DNA of 58,999 nt, the filler included, from Dugesia japonica (lineage: Eukaryota), in NCBI GenBank assembly GCA_001938525.1. It is 5 parts of 5 records of this genome, joined end to end, with 100 filler letters (N's around TTAATTAATTAA, not from the genome) between each part and the next. Parts side by side here need not be neighbours in the genome. Positions count along the whole stretch, not along the records: positions 14,024 to 27,687 come from MQRL01632503.1; positions 27,788 to 39,127 come from MQRL01249928.1; 3 more parts are not named here. The stretch is one strand, 5' to 3'. The notes below the pieces were generated by a model. The model saw nothing but the letters and a program-made list of their open reading frames with translations. It had not been told where the DNA came from and made no database searches. The translations under genes were made by a program, and so were the position numbers. Shown here piece by piece: positions 23,551 to 36,559 of this stretch (position 1 is the stretch's first letter; every line of letters starts with the position of its first letter).

Positions 23551-25826
23551 CTGAATGTATAAATTNNNNNNNNNNNNNNNNNNNNNNNNNNNNNTTAATT
23601 AATTTAACAATTTGAAATGATTACAAATAATATTTTATGTTGAGAGAACATTTTTATTTATTTTATCTTTCACATCAAACATTTTCATTCTCATCTCTTA
23701 AAACTTGCAAAATTGGTTCATTTTTCCGAAATAATTCTTTCAAATCATAAAAAAATTGTTGAAGACAAACAAGAAATTAAAGAAACAAATAAGTAATTTA
23801 AATTGGAATATTTTCATAAAAATTTATGAAATTAAAACAAATAAATCAATACAAATATCACAATGCAACATAACAAACTCACCTCAACACAATTTCAATG
23901 ATAAATTCATCATCAAATTTGTCTTCATCATTTGGTTTGTGTTCTCCTGGTTTGATGCAATACAAATGTTTCATGTCCACTTTGAGTCTTGCAGAAATTA
24001 ATTCTTTTGCTTGGAAAATTGTTTCTGGTTTTAATTGGATGAAATAATTTTTATTTTTTCCTTTCAATTTCAATTGAATTGTAAATTTATTGTCTGTACT
24101 GAATAAATATAATCAATAAATCATAAATTTATCCAGTCAAATATCACTTTTCATTAATTCTCTCAATCAAATCAGATTCACTGAAATATCTCAATAAATA
24201 TTGATTCATCCATCTAAATGAAAATATTCATCATTGAAATCTCACAATCATCAGTGCATCTCACAATCTCAGCCAATATTGCCAATCATTGCTGGAATCA
24301 TTCAAATATTTCACAAAATAATCCAAAGCATCGATTCTATAGAACAATATCAAAATAATTTATCAATAAATCATTTCATTTTACACGATGTCTCTCACTA
24401 ATTTATTTTTTTTATTGTTGTTTCGTAGTCTATTATTGGAAAAATCCAACAACGCAGAACATCTGAATAACACAATAAATTAATACAATCAATATTTTTC
24501 AATTAAATAAAATTTTTATTTAATCGATAAATGCAATAATCAATATCAAATGAGGGAGGGCAATCATGACTGCAAATATCATTTGATAAATTACATTTTG
24601 CAATGATATTTATTTATTGATCATGTCAGAATATTTGGATGTGGTCAATATTAATTTAGATTGATCACAAATATGCTTGTTCTAATGATTTGTGCCTCAC
24701 AATACCGCCTATCATACATTCAATCAAACTTACATTGCAATGTAGGAATATTTTTTTAATATTCTCACAACACTAAATGAGAAATCAATAGCAAATCAAT
24801 TGTGTCACACACAAATATCAATCTCACTCATCCTCATATTGATTCATCACAAATCTCAAATAATCCTTAACAATAATCAAAATGCGATTTGTCATATCAA
24901 GGCAAAAGAAATTTGTCGAATTTATAAATGAGGCGGACAAATATGACAAATTTTGATTCAATCTGTCATCAATTGTTTCATTTGATGATAAAGTTTGTCT
25001 GCAATAAATTTTTATTGATTAATTATGAAATATTTCCATCAATCAATCACCTTATTTTATCAATAAGATTTATCAATATTGTTCTTATTGATTCATTTTT
25101 GTTATCATCACGATTCTTATCACTACTAAATCAAGAATAATCAATCAATAATCATACATAATCAATGCTAACAACAAGTATGCATCCACCAAATATATGT
25201 CATGCAAATAACACAACTCATTAAATGTATTTTTAACCTCATTTCCTTTTCCATCATCGCACCTAATAACAAATATAATAAATCAATTAATCAATATTCA
25301 AATTCACCTAATAATTAATTTGTAATTCACATTTGTGCTAATCTCGGTGACAATTTGATCATTTTTCATTTGTTGGCCATCTACATTCCAAATATTGATT
25401 ATTTGAGAATGAATTCTTTCGGTTATTGAACTGATTTTTGAAATTGTATCATTCATTTTCATAATCAAATATTCACTACTACATATTCGTCCGAAATAAA
25501 ACGCAAAAACAATGACATAATCTCTTCAATAAATGAAATTAATCACAAATATTTCATTTACATCGATTAATTTACTTTCTCAAATAATTATCAATTTTAC
25601 CAAACCAAATTTCATCATTTTCACATATTTTGTAATATTTTATCGTATTATAATCCCATAAAATAATATTTTTATGAATTAATGGAAAATAATCTTTTAT
25701 AAAATTTTCTTTTCCATAGAGAATGTCATCTAATTTATATTTTATATCTTTCACCATCGAATCTTCAATAATGTTAATTTTGATTTTTTCATCATTATTT
25801 TCTCCATTTATAATAAATAATTTCAT
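22604..25826 (-). CDS. Spliced gene: two ubiquitin-like domains, helical region, UBL/PB1-like domain, Ser/Thr kinase (STE/MEKK-like)
   Basis: Exons 25826-25576, 25523-25308, 25262-25173, 25125-25051, 24998-24828, 24772-24734, (24569-24526), 24462-24385, 24336-24265, 24180-24148, 24098-23883, then kinase from 23550; introns are GT-AG except the exon-7 donor, and keep the frame open. Confidence 0.7.
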
Positions 25827-27687
25827 TTATCAATATTAAATAATCTGAAAGAAANNNNNNNNNNNNNNNNNNNNNNNNNNNNNNNNNNNNNNNNNNNNNN
25901 NAATTAATAATTATCAAATTAATTTCTAACAAATTTCATACAGCTGATAAATAAAATATCTAAATTTATACAATTTTATAAATAAGAAAATAATTATAAT
26001 TTTATTATTATAAATAAATTATAAAATTTATCATAAATTTTTAAAAAATCGAATGAAGATGGTTAGAAGTTTGATAAAGAGTTTTTAAATTCAATAAATC
26101 AAAAAATAAATTAAAAAATTGGTTATTTGTGAAGATGAGTAAATATTTGTTAAAATAATTGTATGAGGGGTACTGAAATTTTGAAAGTTGTTAATAAGAT
26201 GTGGGAATGAAATTTGTTGACAAAATTTATTATTTATTTATTAGAAATAATTGTATTTAATATAAATAAATGTAATTTAATTGATAATGTATAAAACTGA
26301 CAAATATGATTATTTTTGATTGATTTAATATATTATGTTTAATAAATTATTATTCATTATTATCGTTCTTTTTAAATTACCTTTAAATTACGTAGATATA
26401 ATTGATTCATTTTAACAATGGTTAATATTTCAATTAAAATCACAATTTAATTGAAAATTACATTAATTTATAATTGTTTTTTTTATAATTATAAGAATTT
26501 TGATTAGATTTAAGATAATATTACCATAATATTTAATTTATATTAGACATTTATATATTTATATTATATCTTATTTATTTAGTGCATTGAAAATTATAAA
26601 GATAAATAAAGATAAAAGACTATATAAATTTCAAATAAATAGTTACTATTGGTACTGAAATATACTGGGTTGAACTTAAACCAGGTGCTGAAATTTACTG
26701 ATTTGTACTTTTACCTGATGCTGAAATTTGTATAAAGAAATACATGCCCAATGATGAATAAATAGATCAGCACGGCATCATTTCACCCCTCCCCCTTTTC
26801 AGAGAGTAGAATATTTTTTATTAGCCGCAAACGTTTTTATCAATTTGATTGGTCGAAGTTTTTGTAGGTATGTTGAATATGCAATGATGATGTCATTGTG
26901 ATGTAATAATTACATAACGATAACGTAATAAATTTGAAGTTTCAATCGATTAATTTTTATGAATTTGTGTTTAAATGAAGTCAAATTATTTAATTTTTTA
27001 AAAATAATTGAAATTAATTAAATTTGTTTAATTTAGGTTAAATTAATGATTTTTAAAGTAAAATTCCCTCGGTTCATGTTTGCACTAGTCGCGCCTGGTA
27101 ATATTAACATCAACATTAAATGTTCCCATAAAATATATACATAAATATTAAATCTCACGAATGATTTTAATATAAAAATTTTAATGAGACTTATGTTTAA
27201 ATTAAGTGAAATTAATGATTTTTTTATTGGTTTCTTCAAGAAAAATAAATTTAAAAGCCTACTTTTGTTTTACTTAACCAACATTTTGAAGGTTAGTTAA
27301 ATGCGTGTTTTTAACTTTGAAAAATCTTTTTTATTTATTTAAAGTAAGCATAAAAAGAATAAAATAATAACATTTATTTATAAAAAAAAATTTGTAAGTA
27401 ATATGCTATTATTACATGTTTTTATTATTATTTTGAAATTATAATTTATTTTATTATGTTATAAATATTTTTGTTTATAAGTTAAATTTATTAATAAATT
27501 TTTTTAAGTTAAATTTTAATAAAAAGCTATTGTTGGGGTTTTACCCTTTTTACGATGATTATTTATGTGATTAAATCTAGGGGAGTCGATCGTTATTTAA
27601 AATCAAGTCTAGAATCATCGATTTGGTAAAACCCCGCGATGAATTTAAATCTGGTGTCCCCCAAAAATCCAGATCTTCGGAATGAAG

Positions 27688-27787
27688 NNNNNNNNNNNNN
27701 NNNNNNNNNNNNNNNNNNNNNNNNNNNNNNNTTAATTAATTAANNNNNNNNNNNNNNNNNNNNNNNNNNNNNNNNNNNNNNNNNNNN
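27688..27787. other. Artificial scaffold-joining spacer
   Basis: 44N + TTAATTAATTAA + 44N. Confidence 0.97.
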
Positions 27788-28910
27788 CGTATTAATTTTA
27801 AACTGTTAAATTTTGATTCATTAATTTCAAATTGATAAATTTTAATTCGTATTAATTTTAAGCTGTTAAATTTTGATTCTTATGAATTTAAGATTATAAA
27901 ATTTGATATTTATTAAATTTAAAGTGATAAATTTTTATCCTAAAATCATTTTAAGGTTTATAATCAGAATTTTATTTAGAATGTCGAGTTCTATACTTTC
28001 TAATTTTCTATAATGACTTATATATTTACACTGATGATACCTGTATATTTTATGATGAAGTATCTGTTTTATGTTGAAACTATAATTTACCATGTCAAAG
28101 TGATTATTTTCAATACAATATAGATCTTTGTTACTCAATTCTTAAATTTTTATCGAAATTTCATTGGTTTATTATTTTTAATTTCAATAATGAATCCTAA
28201 ATTTTATATGTTGACTTAGGAATTTAATGTGGTGTTTTAGAATTTTGTATGACGAAATGTAATTTTAAAGCGTTGAATTAGAAATTTCAATGTGATGAAC
28301 AAAATTTTTAGTGTGATAGATTAAAATAGTATTTGTTAACTTAGACATTTACTTGTTCAGTGTTAATTTCATGTGTTGAATTAGACTTTTGTGAGATGGA
28401 TTATAATTTTCAGTAGTTGACTTAGACATTTCAATGTGATGAACTATATGTTTAGTGTGATAGATTAAAGTTAAATTTGTTGGTTTGAATTTTTATCTGC
28501 TGACTTAGAAATTTTATTATCTTCTGTATAATTTTTTTAATATTGAATACTTCTGTGTAATTTATAAAAATTTTCAATAGAAATGTAGAATGCTTGAAAT
28601 GTTTCATGGACTTATGTATTTTTAATAATTTTAATGACTTCTGTATAACTTAGGCATGATGAATTATACTTTTTATGTACTGGTTTAAAAATTTTATGTT
28701 ACTGAATTTTACTGAAATCGAATGAAATTTTTGTGTGATAGCTTATAATTGTATTTTTTAACTTAGAAAATTACTTGTTCAGTGTTAATTTCATGAGTTG
28801 AATTAGATTTTTGTGAGATGGATTATAATTTTCAGTTGTTGACTTAGAAATTTCAATGTGATGAAGTGTATTTTTAGTGTAACAGATTATAAGTAAAACT
28901 TGTTGTTTAG
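27788..28910. repeat. Degenerate satellite-like array, same family as 58200-58999
   Basis: atttacttgttcagtgttaattt, gacttagaaatttcaatgtgat and tttgtgagatggattataattt recur in both places. Confidence 0.85.
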
Positions 28911-29369
28911 AATCACAAAACATGGACATTTTATACACGAGTCATAATAGAAAATTAAGGACAACTACATAGAAAGTATTGAACTCGTCATTGCAAATAC
29001 AACTCTCATCATAAACCTTAAAATTTATAAGATTTTTAGATAAGAATCATCAAATATTTATCGACTACTGTGTAATTTCATAACATTTTTATCGACTTCT
29101 GTGCAATTTCAGATAATTTTTATCAATTACTATAAAATTACAGATTAAATTTCACGGGGTTTAGTAAATTTGATCCTTCTAACTTTTATCTTTACTAATG
29201 ATTTTCTAACTTTAAGTAAAGAAACTTACTGAGAATGAAGTGAAACCTAATTTGAATAACAAATAATTGAAAAAGTATTACTTGCTTGCCGTGTGTTACT
29301 CTAAGTGTTAAAAAGATCAATAAATCCTAATGTAATGTTTTGAATATATCTAATTTATTTGTCTTATAT

Positions 29370-30740
29370 TCAATGATAAAATCAATAGTTTTATTATAAA
29401 ACCTATATTTTCTTGTTAAAACCAGTATTTTCATGATAAAANCCTATGTTTTCTATTAAGCCTATATTTCCCATTAAACCTATATTTTCAATGTTGAGAT
29501 CAATATTTTAAATAATGAGATCCGTATTTACCATGTTGAACTATTATTCTTTAACAATGTATCTGAATTTAAGGTATTTAAAAGAAAAATAAACCCATAA
29601 ATACCTAAGAGCAAGCAGGGAACTAAAGAGCAAGCAAAGAAGCACAAGGATAATCAGATGATTAAAATATAATGAAATAATTTTATTATTTTAAATAAAA
29701 AAGCAAATAAAAAGCACTCAGTCTTATTGTCTTCTTTTATTAATGTATGACACTATTTAAAGATTATTGAAGTGAGGTCTATAAAAATATGCATTAAAAA
29801 CAAATAGAAAATAGTGAAAATATGTTAAATATAGCTAAATATAGCTAAATATATGTAAATGATAGAAAATGGTAGAAAATAAGGGAAAATATATCTAAAT
29901 AGAGGTAAATCAGGAAAATATNGAGTAAATTATTGAAAATGACTAAAGTATGGGAAATGGTAGGAAAATAAGTCAAAATTTATAAAAGAAAAGTAGACAA
30001 ATTAAGCATATTAAATGACTATGTATAGAATAAATAAAGTATAATTATTGACTAGATTTACTCTATTAAATATTTTCTATGTCCAAACTCGTATTTTCTA
30101 ACGGCAAAAAAGGGATTTTCTATAATTTTTCTATGGTGAAACTCATTTTTTCCATATCAAAATCGTGTATTAAGGTATAAGTTAAAGTCTAAAGTTTGAT
30201 TTTACTAACAATGTAACAGATAATTAGGGCTTTAAAAGATAAATAAACCCATGAAAACCAAGATGCATGCAGGATTGTCAATGAACAAGCAAGGAACCAA
30301 GAAGCAAGCAAATATGATGGCAAATAGTGAAGGATTTAGTTGAAAGGAATACATATATTTCACAAGATAGAACTATTATTTTCATGTTGAAACCTATATT
30401 GATATCAAATTGTAATGAACTTAATCNTTTATCCAATAAAATAAACCATGAATTATTATTATCANTTGAAACCTATTATAAANCTTATAAAGAAAATTTG
30501 GGTAAATCCNGTAAAATATGTGGAAATCAGGCAAACTAGACCAACATAGTGTAAATGGAGCAAAACAGGGCAAAACCACTTAAATACCGTAAATTATAGT
30601 AAATTAGAATAACCAGGGTAAAAATAGGGTAAAAACCCGGGTTAAAATCGGACAAAACAAGGTAAAATATTTAAATTTATGGAGAATATGGTAAAATAGG
30701 GTAAATCGGCCAAAATTTGGTAAATCAGGTTAAAATAAAG
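29370..30740. repeat. Strand-skewed short-period arrays with a duplicated block (about 29570-29670 and 30225-30325)
   Basis: aaacctatattttc, gtaaaatagg and aaataaacccat..agcaagc repeats. Confidence 0.6.
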
Positions 30741-30890
30741 AAAGTAAGAGAGAAATATTTAAACTTTAATCTAATAAAGTACTATTAAATCATATAAAAA
30801 CTATAAAAAGCAAGTGATTCCGCCAAGGAATATTAAACTATAGACAACGAATATAATATAAACAAATTTATATTTTCTATTTCAATACAA

Positions 30891-31180
30891 ATGAGTTTAG
30901 AAAGANNNNNNNNNNTTTTTTAAAGCATCGTTAGAATCACCAACTATGATGAGAATAAAAATTGCGCAATCACTTCCATAATTTGTTATAGATGATTTGC
31001 TCGAGATTATTATAAATATTGTTCGTGGTAATGTAATTTTAAGCGAAGAGAGAACAAAAGCATTGAAGAGACATGAAAAGACATTTTTAACACTTGTAAA
31101 TACTAAGAACAAAAGATTAATGAAGAAGGTTTTGTATGAAAAATATGGAGGTTTTATAGCAAAATTATTACCAACAGCAT
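30891..31180 (+). pseudogene. Polinton basic core-like protein (NxxxGNV..GGF..LLP family)
   Basis: DDLLEIIINIVRGNVILSEERTKALKRHEK..KKVLYEKYGGFIAKLLP. Confidence 0.75.
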
Positions 31181-33700
31181 TCTTGATCAACAATCCGCAG
31201 TGGCGTTAGCATTTCCGGTTTTAAATTTTAATAGTGGGCAGTAATCCTGCATTGCCAATTGCCACTTTGATATTGTGTTCCACCGTAGTGGCTTTAGAGC
31301 CATGAATGTGATGGGTAGATGATCGGTATAGATTAGTACTTCGTGCCCGTGAATAATTGATCTAAAATATTTAGCTGCTTTGAAGATTGCCATTATTTTG
31401 TGCTCAGTTGTGCTATAATTCAATTCTGCCCCTTGAAATTTTTTGCTGAAATATACTACCATCTTCTCTCTCCCTTGTTCATCTAATTGGCTTAGTACTG
31501 CTCCCATTGCATAACTGCTAGCATCCGTGGCTAGTATGAATGGTTTTTTGAAATTCAGATGAACCANNNNNNNNNNNNNNNNNNNNNNNNNNNNNNNNNN
31601 NNNNNNNNNNNNNNNNNNNNNNNNNNNNNNNNNNNNNNNNNNNNNNNNNNNNNNNNNNNNNNNNNNNNNNNNNNNNNNNNNGCAAAGTCCTTTATGAATT
31701 TACTATAATAGTTCAAGAGTCCAAGGAATTCTTGTATTTTGAGTACGAAGTTTAGAACCGCGAGATTTCTGATTTTTCCAGTGTTTCTCGAATCAAGTTC
31801 CTTCTCTTTTTTCCGATATTAGATGTCCCAAATAGTTAACTTTGTTCTTAGCCCGTTCGCACTTGGTTGTATTTACTTTTAGATTCCATTTCCGTAATCT
31901 GATGAATGCATTAATTAAATCTTTTATATGTCCTTCGAACGTTGACGAGTATATGAGCAAATCGTCAATATAAGCTATACATTGAGATATTAAATGTGTT
32001 ACATAATTCATCATGCGTTAGTGAGTCCGAACGGCATGCGAATGAATTAGTACAGGTCTTTAACTGTAGAAAATGCTGTTTTTTCTCTGTCTTCTGGTTT
32101 AATTTGTATTGGACAGTAACCAATTCTTAAAACCAGTGTAGTGAATGCTTTTGCGTTACATAATAGTTGAAATAATTCATTAATGTCAGGTAACGAGTAT
32201 GTATCCTTTTTTGTTTGAGCATTTAATCATCGATAATCAATACAAAACCGCTGGGTTCCGTCTTTTATATCAACTAATACCACTGGCGACTACCATGGTG
32301 AACAACCAGGCTCTATTACTCCAATCCTTACAAAATTTGCCGTTTCTTTGGCAGCAAATTCTTTCTTTTCGACGGTCAATGTAATAGGTTTCTGCTTTGA
32401 TGGAGTATCAACCGTTAATGGTATGGTGTGCATTGTGGCTGTACACATTCCTAATTCTTCATCTGCCCATGCGAATATGTCTCGAAATTCTTCCAATAAT
32501 TTTAATATCGCTGGCCGCTGTTCTTCTGTTAACGTTTCGGTTTCGAATTTAAATGTCTTATCGATTTCCGTTTCAGTTGCTACTTCCTCTTCTTCGATTT
32601 CTGGTTCAATGGGTGTCAAGGTGCCCATTCTGGAATTTGGCTTAATAGTAATATTTTTTTCAGTGAAGTTCACTATACTCACTGGTACTTCTCCGATTTT
32701 GTTTATCGTGGTTACTCCTCCCACGGTATGTAAGGTATATTGCAGTGCAAATCCGTCACAAGGCTCAAAACAACATCTCCTTCGTATTCGCTTGTTGCAC
32801 TCACCACACAGTACACTTTGCATTGACATGGCAACACGATTTCTTCCATAGTGAATACTTCATGATTTTTGACATGAGTATAACCTTCCAACGTTTGTTA
32901 TCGCAATGCTGAAAAGTTTAATGTGCCGTCCTTTATCAACTCTGGTAGTATGTCAGTGCCCAAAATACACTGTCCTGACATTTCGACTACTATCATATTC
33001 TGTCTAATTTTATTTTCCATATATTCCACCTCACAAGGTAGTTCTCCAAAGATTTTGAGGCCACGNNNNNNNNNNNNNNNNNNNNNNNNNNNNNNNNNNN
33101 NNNNNNNNNNNNNNNNNNNNNNNNNNNNNNNNNNNNNNNNNNNNNNNNNNNNNNNNNNNNNNNNNNNNNNNNNNNNNNNNNNNNNNNNNNNNNNNNNNNN
33201 NNNNNNNNNNNNNNNNNAAAACTTGCACATACTACGTAGGATGGTTTGTGGTTCTGACTGATAGCTTGTTGTTCGCTCTCATTCCATCTTGGTTCTTGAT
33301 TTTGAAATCTCATCCAGTCGGCTCTTATCATGGTGGATCCATTATTGTTCCGCTAGAATCCGTGATTAACTTTAGGTTGATTATGATAACTGTATTGTGT
33401 GCCATGAGTGTACATTGTCTTAGTAGCAGGTGGTTGGTTCTACTGGATTTGGGGATTACTTGACAAATCAATTTATTCATTATCCGCACTTTGTGATATA
33501 GTCGAATTCCATCACTCTCAACCATACATATTAATTCTCCGAGTGTGGGTATTTTCTCTACGGATGCTGTAGTGATATCTCCTTTGGTAATTCTTATCCT
33601 CGGTAGACTATAATCTTCCAACACTATTTTATGGATCAATGTATTACTAGCCCCGGTGTCAATGATTCCCGTTATTTATCTTCCGTTCACTTTTATCTTT
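31181..33700 (-). pseudogene. pol: Gypsy-type pol: PR-PR-RT-RNase H
   Basis: IIDTGAS; CILGTD; IEPGCSPW; RMPFGL; AYIDDLLIYS; VNYLGHLIS; ATDASSYAMGAVLSQ; NYSTTEHK; YTDHLP; NATADC*SR; many stops and frameshifts. Confidence 0.95.
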
Positions 33701-33914
33701 TTCTGTAATAACTTTGATCTCTGAGTGGTCAAACAGTTTGGGTTTCTAGCTTGTCATCATCTGTGATTTGATTGTTTGTTGCACGTAAACTTCGGTCACT
33801 TGTCCTTCTATCATTAACTGATAATTGTCATGCATTGTTATCTGTTAGTAATGCAATGTTAGGTAGTTGTGGTGAACCAATATATGTGGAGCTGTACATG
33901 AAACCTATTATTCA

Positions 33915-35510
33915 TTAATTGCTGTCCATGTTGTGGATATGCGTTGTAGTACATCTGAGCAGGTGCAGGTGTATTTTCGCTTCCCCCAAACCGTAAGGCA
34001 TTTTTAGCCGCTGCGTTTTGTTAATTTTTATATATTGCTGTCTTTTAAAATCCGCGTCATATTCCATGGCTGTTTTATAACTAGGTGCATTAGGTAATCC
34101 GCTGCTTTTTCCTCTGTCATCATCGCTGCTGTTACTCCTTTCACTAAGATTTTTAAATCTTTCTTTAAATTGATCGAAATATGATATTTTCTTTTTACTA
34201 TTACCCATTTCTTCGCATAGCAATCGGAGTTTCATGACTACATCTTTATCCGATCCTCTTATTTGTCCGAGTTTACGGATGAATCTTTTTACTCGGGCTA
34301 TATCTTTTGAGTGACTATTGAGCCCCACAGTTTTAGCCAGAAAAAGAAATATTCCAGTTACCATTTTCCAATTCACTTTCTTCTCTCTTTTGAAAATGTC
34401 AAAGCAAGCGAATAATTGCGTGATTACTACTCGGGTTACCGAGATTATCAACATAACTCATCACAGTTATTATTATTACTATTATGAAACAGCAGTGTTA
34501 CATTGTCCGGATTCGTAACTGCTATGGTCAATTTCGTTTTTAATATCTCCGTATTTAATGTACAATCGTTTTTATTAAATCATGGCACATTCGTTCGATG
34601 GTATCCTAAGTTCTATGAAATAAGTTATCAACTTTATTATTGGTGTAAAGATGTTATTTTATATCGTGTGACATTACGGCTGCCTGCGCCGTTTTTAATT
34701 TTTTTTGGTTATGAATATTTCTTTATAATTGGTTTTTACACTATTTCGCCGCATTTAGATATTGTATCCCCTTTTATAAGGCGTATCTTGTTCAGAAGAA
34801 ATTAGTACCGTGGGTGTAGTTTGCCAGTTGTAATCATGTGATTGTGGCCCTGCCTTCATTGCCTTCTTATTATCTCTTTATCTATTATCTCTTTTCATTT
34901 TGAGGTTTTCCCGACGGGTGCCAGTGCCCGTCGCGTTGATATTCGTTGAACATGGCTTCCTTTATTTGAGTTCTACTGTATGTTTCTATAGCTACTGCAT
35001 ATTGCCATACCTTTTCTCTTATGGTGTAAATTCCGTATTCGCACTCCCCTATGTATGAGGATATAATTCCGGCTGCTTCGATCGGTTGGTCTATTATGTG
35101 CCCCTTTTGTGCGATAATATGCGTTCCATGTCTGATGGTAATTTTCCCTGTTGTGAACCGTTCGTTAAATTGTTGCCCAGTTAGATGTATCGGATGTTTG
35201 ACTGTCTCAGGATCTATTATAGATGAATGGCTGTAATACCCGCAAAAGAATATGGATGTTTTCTACACTCAAGCACCTGGGTTTTATAGTAGTCCGCCTC
35301 CTGGTATTGGTGATATATTGAATTTTTCCTGAGTGAGATTTTTTCCGGGTTGGCATCTGGACATTCTTCTGTATATATNAGTGAGAACACTTCGTTTCCC
35401 GCTTGCATGCCATCCTAATCATAGGCTAGTATAGCTTCTCCTCTATCCATCAGCAGAAAAAACAACAATATTGGAGTAGTTAATTATTGCCATGAATTCC
35501 GCTGAGGCAT
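33915..35510 (-). pseudogene. env: env-like glycoprotein of the chuvirus (Jingchuvirales)-type class III fusogen family, internally deleted
   Basis: Signal peptide (PILLFFLLM), AYD*..FSL..EECP, VLEC, FCGYYSHSS, AAGIISSYIGECEYGIY..W, KCGEI, DCTLNTEILKTKLTIAVTNPD, then C-terminal hydrophobic segments and tail (ORF 33915-34454). Confidence 0.78.
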
Positions 35511-35570
35511 TCTGGCTATTGATAGGTGTGTTTGGTTGATTAGATGAGCAATAGATAACTTTATTCTTCA

Positions 35571-35945
35571 TTAAGTCGGTTGCTCTTGTAATAATTCGTC
35601 TAATACTTTCTCCAAATTCTCTCTTGTTCCATGCCCCATGGCCTTACTGGCAGGAAATTTCTTGATTGCTAATTCTAATTCCTTTGCTAACGGCCTAAGA
35701 CTTTTGGATAGCTGAAATTTCCTAATCCATATTTTAAGCTCTGGATACAGCATTAATAATAGCTGGCGTATTACTACTTCAGTTGGCATGTCATCCTCCG
35801 CGGTGTTACCACTATATCGTTCCTCAGATAGATCCTCTAACTGTTGCATTACATTTTTTACGGGTTTCAATATGCCTGGATTGTATTCATCGATGTTTTG
35901 TATTCGTTAATAGGTAATTTCTTCCTGCTTCATTACGAGATCCAT
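35571..35945 (-). pseudogene. Accessory ORF of the retroelement (helical)
   Basis: ATG at 35945 directly follows the upstream stop (TAAATG); one in-frame stop; its own stop overlaps an ATG (TAATG 35573-35569). Confidence 0.5.
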
Positions 35946-36490
35946 TTAATGTTGTTTCCACTCGAATTCAATTTGGAATCTCACATGATCACTGGTGATT
36001 TTATATCCTCTCTGAAAATCTGCTATATCTAGGGATTCTATAACCGTTTTTAACTCTCGCTCTTCCGTGCTGTCAAAGTGGGGTATGTGCATCAAAGTTA
36101 ACTCAGGCTCTTTCTTTGGATTTTTATCTGGTGTTTTATATTCTATGGTTACCACAAAATTTTTGCTGGTTGAGTGTGCTTTTATGGCGCCAAAGTGTAG
36201 CTTAATTAATCTTTCCCATTTTCCCGCTCTTCTCTGTTAATATTATAATAATTCGATAAGTCCATTAATAAATTCAGGGCTCTCCGAAGTGACGCTGCGG
36301 TTAATTTGTCCTCGAAATAATAGAACTCGTTGATTATATTAGTTATGCGTTCTGTCTGATTTGAGCTGAAGAAGCTGGTGATTGCTTGTTTATGTGGTAG
36401 TAACTTAGGTTTGATTATCCGTTCCACTTCCTTTATCTCTTCTTCGTCTGACATGACGGGTGTTACTTCTGGGTTATTACTTCGAACCAT
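35946..36490 (-). CDS. Two small accessory ORFs (36206-36490 and 35946-36155), possibly one broken gene
   Basis: Co-oriented with env/pol, protein-like composition. Confidence 0.4.
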
Positions 36491-36559
36491 ATTTACATGT
36501 GTTCTGTTTTAGCTGTGTTTACGAGGCATTCACTTTCTACTGGTAAAATATCCTGTAAG

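Noticed and set aside
23566-23610. N-run followed by ttaattaatt
   Set aside because: Not the 44N-12-44N spacer; an ordinary gap inside an intron
24100-25300. Possible RBR/IBR Cys motifs
   Set aside because: The Cys-rich readings come from wrong frames or introns; the spliced model lacks them
32348-33261. Plus-strand ORFs 32348-32851 and 32923-33261
   Set aside because: Antisense to pol
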